Shown piece after piece: positions 30,194-39,714 of a stretch of 64,000 bases of DNA. Position numbers and translations under genes: made by a program. The stretch's first letter is position 1; each line of letters opens with the position of its first letter. The DNA comes from an uncultured virus (IMG/VR IMGVR_UViG_3300024999_000046) (taxonomy: Duplodnaviria > Heunggongvirae > Uroviricota > Caudoviricetes), in IMG/VR virus record IMGVR_UViG_3300024999_000046. One strand, written 5' to 3'. The notes beneath the pieces are model-generated. The model saw nothing but the letters and a program-made list of their open reading frames with translations. It searched no databases and was not told where the DNA came from.

Positions 30194-30673
30194 ATGATTA
30201 AACAAGCCGATATTATTGCTTATCGAGGAAATTATTCTTTAGTGAGTATGCTAATTAGGAAAATTTCTAAATCAAATTATTCCCATGTTGGAATTTCTGT
30301 AGGGAATGGTCTTGTTGTAGAAAGTGATGGTTATGTTGGTAAAGTTGCATATAGATCACTCAATGACTATCAAGGAACAATAGATATTTATTCTTGTGAA
30401 CAACTAACAGACGAACAGAGACAAAGAATATGTGATTATGCAATAAGTAAAATTGGCGATAAATATTCTTATTTTCTTACTTTATGGATTGGAGTTAAAT
30501 ATTTATTTCACATTTTACTTCCCTACTATGATACTCAAAATAGCGAAAACTGTAGTGAATTAGTTAATTTGGTTTATTTAAATGCTACAGGTTTAAGACT
30601 ATGCTCTGATATGTATCCATCACCAGAGCAAATTGTTAAGAGCGATTTATTAGCAAAGGTTGGAGAATATTAA
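30194..30673 (+). CDS. permuted papain-like NlpC/P60 amidase (YaeF/YiiX family)
   Basis: YSHVGI precedes CSELV; IGDKY. Confidence 0.8.
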   Translation: MIKQADIIAYRGNYSLVSMLIRKISKSNYSHVGISVGNGLVVESDGYVGKVAYRSLNDYQGTIDIYSCEQLTDEQRQRICDYAISKIGDKYSYFLTLWIGVKYLFHILLPYYDTQNSENCSELVNLVYLNATGLRLCSDMYPSPEQIVKSDLLAKVGEY

Positions 30674-30749
30674 TAATAAATAAAAATAAATTCAAAGGAT
30701 AGATTTAATGGTTAAGAAAATAAAAAATCTATAGGAGTGAAAATAAATA

Positions 30750-31643
30750 ATGACAAATAAAGTTATAGTTCTTGACCCAGGGCATCAATCAATTCCTAAT
30801 GCTGATACTGGTTGTCAAGGTTTTAGTCTTCATGAAGAAGATATAGTTTTAGATATTTGTAAGCGTGCAAAAACATTAATTGAATTAAATGGAATAAAAG
30901 TTATTATGACTAGGGATGGGGCAAAAGTGAATGGTGATGGATCTTCTGTTAATGCTTCATTAAATACAAGATGTAAAATTGCCAATTCAAATAAAGCAGA
31001 CTTGTTCCTTAGTGTACATTGTGATGCCTTTAATTCTACTGCTTATGGAACATCATGTCATATATTTAGTTTAGGAGGAAATGCAGAAAGATTTGCTAAG
31101 ATTTTAAATCCTATGATGGGACAATTATTTTATAACAGAGGAATTAAGGTGTCAAATTTTGCAGTAATCAGGGACACAAATATGCCAGCAGTATTATTAG
31201 AAACTGCGTTTTTAGACAATAAAAATGACAATGCTAAATTAGCAGATGTAAATGTAAGACAACAAATTGCTGTGAATATTGCTAAATCTGTTTGTATTTA
31301 TCTCTTTGGAACCGATTATGTTTATAAAGATAATTCTTCAGTTTCGATTATTCAATCAACAACAATAAATAATAATCAAGGAGATGACAATGTGTTAGAA
31401 GTTTGTGTACTTTTATATTCAAAAGAGGACTATTGGAGTGGAACTGATGTAGCAGAAAAGAATGGTAATTGTGCTATTTTTATTAGACCAGTTGATAAAA
31501 GTGTTCCAAAGGACGCTATGAGTGCAAAAAAGTTAATTGTGGTAGGAGGCAGTTCAGTTAAACATCCTAATGAGATTTTGTTAAGTGGAAATACAAAATA
31601 CGACACAGCACAAAAAGTTAATAGTTATCTTTTTGGTAAGTAA
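30750..31643 (+). CDS. endolysin, N-acetylmuramoyl-L-alanine amidase (Amidase_3) with C-terminal cell-wall-binding domain
   Basis: LDPGH, E, SVHCD and PAVLLETAF motifs. Confidence 0.92.
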   Translation: MTNKVIVLDPGHQSIPNADTGCQGFSLHEEDIVLDICKRAKTLIELNGIKVIMTRDGAKVNGDGSSVNASLNTRCKIANSNKADLFLSVHCDAFNSTAYGTSCHIFSLGGNAERFAKILNPMMGQLFYNRGIKVSNFAVIRDTNMPAVLLETAFLDNKNDNAKLADVNVRQQIAVNIAKSVCIYLFGTDYVYKDNSSVSIIQSTTINNNQGDDNVLEVCVLLYSKEDYWSGTDVAEKNGNCAIFIRPVDKSVPKDAMSAKKLIVVGGSSVKHPNEILLSGNTKYDTAQKVNSYLFGK

Positions 31644-31873
31644 AAATTAGAAATTTTAGATAAAGATAATTCAAATAAGAGGTGTAATTATTTACATCTC
31701 TTTTAATCTACTAATATTATTTTAATATTTAATAAATCATATTCAGTTTTATTTACTTGGTTGTCATATGTAAGACAAGTCTGATTGCCCTCAGAACTTG
31801 TCATATCTGATTGTAATGTTCGTAGCACTACAACCATTAACGTAAGTATATATCAGAAAGGGGCAAAAGTCAA

Positions 31874-32341
31874 ATGCAAAATAAAAATATTGTTATGGAA
31901 GAGGTGAATAATGTGGCAATCGAGGATGAAGTTAAGGACGCATTAGACAAATTGGACTCACACAAGCAAATTTTAGATACACATGATCATAAAATTAATA
32001 TTCATGATGATAAGATTCAAAATCTTGAAACAAATACCAGTGTTCTAAAAGAAAAAATGATAAATTTGGAAGGTATTGTCACCAGATTTGAATCCAATTC
32101 TTACCAGACACAAAATAGTATGATGCAACTACTTTCACAAGTAATTGTCAACACTAGTAATAGTTCTGTCGAAATTATGAAAAATGCCACCCAAAGCGAA
32201 GTGCAATTTAATAAAAATAAAACAGAAATAGCAAAAGTAAAAAATACAAACAATATGACAATAATTGTCAAAACTCTTGCAGTGGTTTCTGTTATTGTAT
32301 TGGGGTATTTTTCTATAAGATATGGTATTTCAATAAAATAA
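31874..32341 (+). CDS. XhlA-like lysis accessory protein
   Basis: Coiled coil plus C-terminal TM helix, in lysis cassette. Confidence 0.55.
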   Translation: MQNKNIVMEEVNNVAIEDEVKDALDKLDSHKQILDTHDHKINIHDDKIQNLETNTSVLKEKMINLEGIVTRFESNSYQTQNSMMQLLSQVIVNTSNSSVEIMKNATQSEVQFNKNKTEIAKVKNTNNMTIIVKTLAVVSVIVLGYFSIRYGISIK

Positions 32342-32351
32342 AATTTAAGGA

Positions 32352-32609
32352 TTGATTAATATGAACATATTGAAGAAACTTAAAAATTACTTCATATCAA
32401 AAATAACATCAAGAATCATAATTACATTAACTGCAGAAATAAATAAAGAAATCTCAAAACAAAATGAAGACCTCTACGCACTACTCGAAGAAGAATTTGC
32501 AATTGCAATTGCAAGAGAACAACATATATTTAATAAAATACAATCACAAGAGATATTTAAACAATTGGATGTAATTGGGAGAACATTAAGAGGAAAAGGA
32601 TTTAATTAA
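32352..32609 (+). CDS. hypothetical protein
   Basis: ORF with RBS in lysis cassette. Confidence 0.5.
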   Translation: MINMNILKKLKNYFISKITSRIIITLTAEINKEISKQNEDLYALLEEEFAIAIAREQHIFNKIQSQEIFKQLDVIGRTLRGKGFN

Positions 32610-32651
32610 AAATATAAAACAAATAAAATAAATTTAAGGAGATGTATTAAT

Positions 32652-33038
32652 ATGGATATCGCAACAGCGTTACAAAGTTTTATGATGCTAAGTACATTAA
32701 CACTTGGAATAACACAAGTATATAAAGAAGTAATTTCTAACAAGAACACTCAAAAGGCAAGTGTAATTATTGCCATGATTTTATCTTTGGTTACAGGAAC
32801 TAGTATTTTACAACCTTTAGGATTTGTTCCTGCTCATAATTTTGTGGATTTAATAAGTCAATTTAAAATAGGATATGATGTGCTTTATTGGATTGTTGAT
32901 ATTGCTGTAACAGGATTCTTAGCGAGTAAGGGATCTAGTTTCACTGTTGATTTGTTTAATAAGAGAAATGCAGTAGACAGTATTGCTATACCAGTAATTA
33001 AAGAAGATACGGTAGAAGAGAAAGAAGAAACAAAATAA
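32652..33038 (+). CDS. holin-like membrane protein
   Basis: Three hydrophobic segments, TGFLASKGSSFTVDL, charged tail. Confidence 0.7.
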   Translation: MDIATALQSFMMLSTLTLGITQVYKEVISNKNTQKASVIIAMILSLVTGTSILQPLGFVPAHNFVDLISQFKIGYDVLYWIVDIAVTGFLASKGSSFTVDLFNKRNAVDSIAIPVIKEDTVEEKEETK

Positions 33039-33636
33039 CCCACAATAATCAATTTTAAACAGCATATAAGCGTTTCAAATATAAGAGTGGAATAATCTTA
33101 TACAAACACTATTTGAAACGCTTAGAGGAGTATTGTGATTTCTGCAACCATTGCTACAGTAGGGTTTTGTATATTAATAAATTTAAAAAGTAATCGAGGA
33201 TAAGTTAATAATATGACTTATATTTAATTTGCTATAGAAGAATCATAAACTAAAATGAATTTCTCATTTTATAGGGTGAGTATAGACTATGCAGTAAATT
33301 GAAGTAATCAAGAGTTAATGGAAGCATGGGATAGGTAAAATAGGGTATAAAACGTAATATTAGGTCATTTAGTTCGATTTGAGAGAATTTTATTAATTTA
33401 AAGTTCTCTCTTATTTATTATGGTCAGATTTAATTAAGATAACTTCCAAAAATCACTTAGAGAGTAGTGAAAACTATTCTAACACATTTTCTTTCATTTC
33501 TTATTAGTAAGAACGGCGAAGAGAAGAGTTAGGATTTTCTTAACTTTTCTCTAAGTGATTTTTGTATATAAAAACAATTCTTCGCCGTTTTGTTTTTGTA
33601 TTGAAATTACTAATAAAAAAGAAAGAAGTGATAAAA

Positions 33637-34314
33637 ATGAGTAATGGTAATGTATTACAAATATTAAATAATGTAAAAAACATAAATATTTTGTCTGGAA
33701 ACAATTACATTGTTACTTCAGATATTATTGCAGACTATTTTGAAGCAAATAAGGATTTAATTAGATACTTTATTAAAAGCAATAAGCAAGAATTAGATTT
33801 ATTAGGACTGCGAGTTATAAAAGGACAAGAGTTGAAAGAATTCAAATTATCAACGGGATTTAATTTAGTGTCTTCTAAAAATAATTATTCTGCATTAACA
33901 ATTTTCCCTTTAAAAATAATGTTGAAGTTTAGTATTCTTTTAGCTGGTTCTGATATTGCGAAATTAGTTAGAGAAGAACTTATAAAACAAAATCCAAAAT
34001 TGTATGAAGAGTTGTCAAATGGTCATAGATTGAAATTCAAGAAATTTGAACAAAAATATTGGGATTATCTATCTTTCTCATTCGGAGATGAATATATTCA
34101 GAAGCAAGTAAGTTGTGGTAGTTATTTGATAGACTTTGTTTTATATGAAAATATAGCTATAGAAATAGATGAGAATGGACATTCTTCATACTCTGGTGAA
34201 AAAGAAATGATTAGAGAGGAATATATAAGGAGTAATGGGTATAAATTAGTTAGATTTAATCCTCATAGACAAAAACCATATGAATTGATAGACATGATTC
34301 TTAAATCAAAATGA
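33637..34314 (+). CDS. antirepressor-like N-terminus fused to DUF559/Vsr-like endonuclease
   Basis: VT..IADYFE N-terminus; YLIDF..IAIEIDENGH..E..RE..I..G..VRFN. Confidence 0.7.
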   Translation: MSNGNVLQILNNVKNINILSGNNYIVTSDIIADYFEANKDLIRYFIKSNKQELDLLGLRVIKGQELKEFKLSTGFNLVSSKNNYSALTIFPLKIMLKFSILLAGSDIAKLVREELIKQNPKLYEELSNGHRLKFKKFEQKYWDYLSFSFGDEYIQKQVSCGSYLIDFVLYENIAIEIDENGHSSYSGEKEMIREEYIRSNGYKLVRFNPHRQKPYELIDMILKSK

Positions 34315-34586
34315 TGGTAGGTAGTTTCAGTACCCACCATAAATATACATAATTATTATATACCAATGACTTGAGATGGGTTGGAAAGTTTCGCTATCTA
34401 ACCTTTAATAGAAAATGCTTATAAATCAATATTTTTAAATAGGGTTAATCAAATTATTATCTAACCTTTAGACTGATGAACAATATGAGAAGATTAGAGA
34501 CCATTGGAGAAAATATCATATTGTTTTAGATTTAGATATTTAATAATACATAAATAAAATAATTTAAAATATAGGAGGAATACAAT

Positions 34587-34793
34587 ATGAAAAAATCTAA
34601 AATTGAAGAAATTAAATTATTATTAAAAGTTAATGAGGATTACTTTATTGATATGCAGATTGATTATTTAGAACATACATTTAATGTAAATATAAGTGAT
34701 GAGAATCATGAAATTGTTGACACTTATACAATTGGTTTTACTGAATTATATAATAAGTTATTTGAAGATGATGTTGAATTTAACTGGGATTAG
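34587..34793 (+). CDS. hypothetical protein
   Basis: RBS aggagg. Confidence 0.55.
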   Translation: MKKSKIEEIKLLLKVNEDYFIDMQIDYLEHTFNVNISDENHEIVDTYTIGFTELYNKLFEDDVEFNWD

Positions 34794-34882
34794 TATAAAT
34801 GATTTAAATAATATTAATATTGTGGGGTTGCTATTTATTAGTGACTCCTTTAATAATTAAAAATTAAAGGAGATTAAGGCAT

Positions 34883-35071
34883 ATGATGATTACTAAAGAA
34901 AGAGAATTCGTTTATATTTACAATCCTCAACAATCACAATTCTATTTTTCTAAAGGAATCCTACCCATTAAAGTTGGAACTGGTAGTAAGGGTGATCCTT
35001 ACACAATGTTTAAAAACAATGAAGATACAAAACAAGCGTTCACCGAATGGTGTACTCGTCGTAAGAAATAA
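34883..35071 (+). CDS. small hypothetical protein (DUF5659-like)
   Basis: YIYNPQQSQFY..G..F..W; directly upstream of primase. Confidence 0.5.
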   Translation: MMITKEREFVYIYNPQQSQFYFSKGILPIKVGTGSKGDPYTMFKNNEDTKQAFTEWCTRRKK

Positions 35072-35118
35072 AAATTCTTACATGATATGAAGAGATATGA
35101 AAGGAATAGTGAATTTAT

Positions 35119-36648
35119 GTGGAAGAGGTATCAGCAAAAAAGAAAGTCTATATTAAAAATGGTATTGAAATAGCACAAAAGATAGGTAAATTATATGTGA
35201 CTTATAGAAAGAAATTCATTGAACAATACCATAATACAGAAAAAGATATTATTACATATAGAGAAAATAAATTTCCATTGAATGACTCTATGATATTGAA
35301 GCATCTTACACAACAAAAGACCATTGGAGTATTTTCAGGAAATATAATAACTTCATTTATGTGTTTTGATGTGGATATAAAAGATGAAGCAATGTGTAAA
35401 TGGGCAGTAGATAAAATAGTTGATGCGTTACAAAATATAGGTATAGCAGGAAAGTATATTCATATTAGTCTAAGTGGGTCAAAAGGTTATCATATAGAGA
35501 TATTCTTTGATGAACCAGTTTATAATAGTGATATACATAAAATATATCTAATGATTCTTAATGCTACGGATTTACTTAATATTGATTATGGAGAAGTAGA
35601 ATTAAGACCATGTCTAACTAAAACAGGAAAGACACTAGGCGTAAAATTACCTTTAGGAGTAAATCTTAAAACTAATAACATTTGTTGGTTTTGTGATTAT
35701 GACAAAGGATTAAAACCAATTAAGGATTATAATTATGTTTTATCAATTGAAACAATGCCAAAAGAAATATTGCTAGATATATTAGAAAAAGAAGAAGATA
35801 TTTTAGTTACTCCTGAACAACAATACAAAATAGAAGCAATCACAGAAAAACATAAACCATTGCCTGAATATAAAAATAATGTTGATGAGAAATATACAGT
35901 TGAGCAAGTTGAAAATGTAATTACTAATGGATTACAAATAGCAGGATCAAGACATAATGCTTTGTTTAATATTATCAAGTATTATAAACATTTAGGTGTA
36001 TCTGAGGAAGATAATAAGGAATGGGTTACAGAATGGATGAATCAGCAAGATAAAACAACTTATTCTACTAAATGGGATGCAGTGTTACTAGATATTGCAG
36101 AAATTATTGATTATGTTTATACAAATAATTGTAGTTTTGTGATTAAGAATTTAAACATTGATGTTAGTATGGAAGAAATAATGGAAATTATTAAAATCAA
36201 AGGCAAGAATAATCAATTAGTATTATATTCTTTGCTTGTCCATAGTAAAAGATATTCTGTGAAAAGTGGTCAATTTTATATGTCATACAATCAGATGACA
36301 CAAGTGACTGGAATAAAGTCTAGGACTACTTTAGTAAAAGTGATTAAACAATTAGAAGAATTAGAGTTAATTACAGTGACTAGAGGAGAAGTTCCGAAAT
36401 ATAATAATAAATTAAGTAAACCAATTTCTGAGACAAATAAATATATAATAAAGCTATTGTGTCCAATTTTGGAAATTGAGAATAATAAGTTATTTAAAGT
36501 ATGCGACAAGAATTGTGTAAATTGTTTTAATGCTTGTCTTTGTAATATGTATTCTAATAAAGAATTAAAAGTTATGTTAACTGATTGGGATTATAGAGAG
36601 GTAACAAAGTATAGAGAATACTGTACTAATATTATGGTAATGGTTTAA
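35119..36648 (+). CDS. AEP primase-polymerase replicase with PriCT and winged HTH domains
   Basis: CFDVD, SGSKGYH, KLPLG; GSRHNALF; SYNQMTQVTGIKSRTTLVKVIKQLEE. Confidence 0.8.
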   Translation: MEEVSAKKKVYIKNGIEIAQKIGKLYVTYRKKFIEQYHNTEKDIITYRENKFPLNDSMILKHLTQQKTIGVFSGNIITSFMCFDVDIKDEAMCKWAVDKIVDALQNIGIAGKYIHISLSGSKGYHIEIFFDEPVYNSDIHKIYLMILNATDLLNIDYGEVELRPCLTKTGKTLGVKLPLGVNLKTNNICWFCDYDKGLKPIKDYNYVLSIETMPKEILLDILEKEEDILVTPEQQYKIEAITEKHKPLPEYKNNVDEKYTVEQVENVITNGLQIAGSRHNALFNIIKYYKHLGVSEEDNKEWVTEWMNQQDKTTYSTKWDAVLLDIAEIIDYVYTNNCSFVIKNLNIDVSMEEIMEIIKIKGKNNQLVLYSLLVHSKRYSVKSGQFYMSYNQMTQVTGIKSRTTLVKVIKQLEELELITVTRGEVPKYNNKLSKPISETNKYIIKLLCPILEIENNKLFKVCDKNCVNCFNACLCNMYSNKELKVMLTDWDYREVTKYREYCTNIMVMV

Positions 36649-36849
36649 TACTTCTATCTCTTATACTTATACTTATAATAATAATAATAGTGAAGGATTA
36701 AGACCTAAGAGACCAAGGGAACGAAGAACGCAACGTGGGTTCTATATAATAAACCTATTGTGTTCAAATTCCAACGCGTTTTCGGAAAATGGGTTGTAGT
36801 AAGGGATAGGAGAGAAACCTTAAAACAAACCAATAAATAAACACCACAC

Positions 36850-36982
36850 TTGACACAACTATAAAAATAATGTTACAATACAAATGTAAATGATTTATTA
36901 TTATTTTCCATTTCATTTACACTCTCTTTCTTTCATCCTTGTGAGGGAGTTCTAATATTGGATTAGGATTCCCTCTATTTTT
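36850..36982 (+). ncRNA. candidate small RNA (promoter, hairpin, CU-rich tract, terminator)
   Basis: TTGACA-18-TACAAT with extended TG; terminator gagggagttctaat..attaggattccctc-T run; no ORF. Confidence 0.5.
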
Positions 36983-37300
36983 TACCTTTATTAGTTTCTA
37001 AATATTATTATGAATCATAATTCAAATCATGTTTCATAAAAAAAATATTGTGATTTTAATTTAATCATAGCTAATGGAACTATTATGCAAGGACTAGATG
37101 TTCATTTTGCAATAGAAGATTGGATTAAGAAGGAAAATTTATCTCAATATGCAATTGAACAAATGGATAATCGTATGGAGCAAGAATGTGAAGAAGAAAT
37201 GAAAAGAGAAAGTAGGGAACATTTAAAAGTTGTTAAATAAAGGGAATAGTGATTCATTCCCTTTTCCCTTTTTCTTCTGTATAAATTGTAAAATAAATAT

Positions 37301-37330
37301 TTGACATTGGAATAGTCCGTATGGTATAGT
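37301..37330 (+). promoter_or_regulatory. sigma-A promoter
   Basis: TTGACA-18-TATAGT with extended TG. Confidence 0.75.
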
Positions 37331-37359
37331 TAAGACAAGGAAAGCGAGGTGAGAGAGAA

Positions 37360-37725
37360 GTGAAACAATTAATTAAATATCAATGTGAAATATGTAAAAA
37401 GGTATATGACACCTTAAAAGAAGCTATAAAATGTGAATCACGAGGCAAAGGATTACCTTTGGTTGAATTAGGAAAGACAATTTTATATAAAGATGATTGG
37501 AATGGTGGATTTGGCACTTGTTTTGATAAATTAGAAGTTGTCGAAATTAATGATAGAGGTCATTATCTTTATTATCAACTTGGAGATTGGAAAACTAAAC
37601 ATTCACAAGAGTATGTAACTGGGAACGATGAATTTAAAGAATTGTGTACTATTGTGGAAGATCAAAGTCTTTTAGTAAATAAAGGTAGTTTAAATGGTGG
37701 ATGGGAATATAAAATTGATATCTAG
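37360..37725 (+). CDS. hypothetical protein with N-terminal Zn-finger-like motif
   Basis: YQCEICKKVY..EAIKCE. Confidence 0.6.
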   Translation: MKQLIKYQCEICKKVYDTLKEAIKCESRGKGLPLVELGKTILYKDDWNGGFGTCFDKLEVVEINDRGHYLYYQLGDWKTKHSQEYVTGNDEFKELCTIVEDQSLLVNKGSLNGGWEYKIDI

Positions 37726-37871
37726 ACACTGTAAAAATTATAAAATTCACGAGTGTATAAAATAAATAAATATTAATCTATTATCCAATTAATAAGTTAT
37801 TAACTCCTTACCCACCAAGGATTAATATAAATAGGGTTGTGACCTACACAAAATTAGAAAGGGGCAAAATT

Positions 37872-38411
37872 ATGTCTAAAAATATTAATACTATAATTAA
37901 AGCTCAATTAGATGGAAAAAGTAATACTATTCTTCGTGACAAACTAAAAACTTATAATCTAGATATTGAAATGAATTATGCTGTTGCGGTGATAAAATTG
38001 CTAATTACAAATTCAGAAACTAAAAATAGTAATGAATTAAGTATTAATATCGTGCCTAAAGTTCATTATGTTACTCCTTTTGTTACAAAAAAGTTAGCAG
38101 AGGAATATATTGCAGAATTATCTAAAGTAGATAAAATGACAATGTTTCTTCATGTTGATAAAGGTAATATTATTGTGAAAAATGATGAAGTTGAAGAGTT
38201 CATAGATTCTGTAGAAAGAAGTTCTTCGGCAAGAGAGTATAATAATACAGAATATGGTGAAATGTCTTATATTAGTTCTCTCAATATAGTTGCTTATGGT
38301 TGGTTAAATACTTATTCAGAAAAAGAAAAAGAAGAATGTGCTTTTAAATTAGGTGGAATGAAAAATTATCAAGAGATTAGGGATATATTTGACAATTGGG
38401 AATTTAAGTAG
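37872..38411 (+). CDS. hypothetical protein
   Basis: RBS gaaagggg then ATG at 37872. Confidence 0.65.
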   Translation: MSKNINTIIKAQLDGKSNTILRDKLKTYNLDIEMNYAVAVIKLLITNSETKNSNELSINIVPKVHYVTPFVTKKLAEEYIAELSKVDKMTMFLHVDKGNIIVKNDEVEEFIDSVERSSSAREYNNTEYGEMSYISSLNIVAYGWLNTYSEKEKEECAFKLGGMKNYQEIRDIFDNWEFK

Positions 38412-38510
38412 AATTTATTAATTAATAACTAATGAGTAATATCTACTGAGGTGGGCAGTAGAATAAATAAAATTTAATGTAAAATTAAAAATTAGAAAGA
38501 GGTAATAAAA

Positions 38511-38756
38511 ATGAATTCAAATATAACCAATGCGAAAGTTCAAATTATTAATGTTGATGGAAAAGAATATATCCAATTAGAAGGCGATACAATGTTTGAT
38601 GAAATGAGTGGTAAAATATTTGTTGCAAGAATAAGCTTAGAGAATATTACATATTCTGTTGGTATGGGTGAGGACGGCAATAGAACTGGAGAAATTGTGT
38701 TTAAACTTTTACCTGATGAAAGTCATCAAATGGTAAGTTATAGTTTTGGTAGGTAG
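38511..38756 (+). CDS. hypothetical protein
   Basis: RBS gaaagaggt. Confidence 0.6.
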   Translation: MNSNITNAKVQIINVDGKEYIQLEGDTMFDEMSGKIFVARISLENITYSVGMGEDGNRTGEIVFKLLPDESHQMVSYSFGR

Positions 38757-38810
38757 GATAGTTAGAATTTTCGTTCAAATTAGAAATAAATAATGAAAGA
38801 GGTAATAAAA

Positions 38811-39161
38811 ATGGAATATACAAAATCAATTAAGTATGAGATCAATGGGGTTTATGGTAATGTTACATATGCAGACATTAATTTAAATGGAGAATATTAT
38901 CCTTCTAGACATAATTCAGAAGAAAGAGATATTAATACTCATAAAACTATTTCGTTAACAGATGAAACCAATGGATTACCAAATGGAATTAGTATGGATG
39001 ATTATTTCAAAATGGCATTGTTACAGAAACTTGATAATATTGAAAAGAAACTTAATACTCCGCAGAATATTACTGTAAATGTTGCATTAGATAATATTTC
39101 AAATGAAGTTCTTGCTAAATTGGCATCGCTTGTTTATGGAGAGAATGTTAAAATAAATTAA
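38811..39161 (+). CDS. hypothetical protein
   Basis: Same RBS context gaaagaggtaataaaaATG. Confidence 0.6.
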   Translation: MEYTKSIKYEINGVYGNVTYADINLNGEYYPSRHNSEERDINTHKTISLTDETNGLPNGISMDDYFKMALLQKLDNIEKKLNTPQNITVNVALDNISNEVLAKLASLVYGENVKIN

Positions 39162-39261
39162 ATTGTTAATCCCATAGCAGAGGGGCTGATACTCTGCTTA
39201 ATTATTAAGAGATGCACAAGTTATACACACACAAGTAAATTAAAATTTAAGGAGAGATAAA

Positions 39262-39558
39262 ATGGAAAAGTTTGATCTTGTAAAACATTGGGAAAAATTT
39301 ATGAATAATAAACTGGTAGTTAATTGTAGGACTCAGGAATTAGCCGATGAATTCTTTATATTTTGTGATAGTAAAAATCTAAAGTGGAGAGCTGATAATG
39401 AAAGTTTATTGGTACAAGGGAATTTATTTTACAGGTTAAATGAAGAAACTTGCTACACTTATGATAACGGAACGGATAAATGCAAAGGTATACATTATTC
39501 TGACATAGATTGGTTTAAAAACAAAAATATAGACATTGTAGAATTTCAAGGTCTTTAG
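39262..39558 (+). CDS. hypothetical phage protein
   Basis: RBS aaggag; VVNCRTQELADEF. Confidence 0.6.
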   Translation: MEKFDLVKHWEKFMNNKLVVNCRTQELADEFFIFCDSKNLKWRADNESLLVQGNLFYRLNEETCYTYDNGTDKCKGIHYSDIDWFKNKNIDIVEFQGL

Positions 39559-39714
39559 AAATCGCCAAATAAAACCCATAGTAGAGGACTCTGTTGATTA
39601 ATTGCAAAATACAAAGTGATATGAATTGTTAAATTAAGAAATAAATATAATGTGGAGAACTTGCAAGTTTACATAGCGTAGCTACGCCTCCCTGATCAGG
39701 AGGAGAGAAAGAGA

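Noticed and set aside
34470..34530. Hammerhead ribozyme (CTGATGA followed by a stem)
   Set aside because: The required GAAA after stem II and the closing stems are missing.
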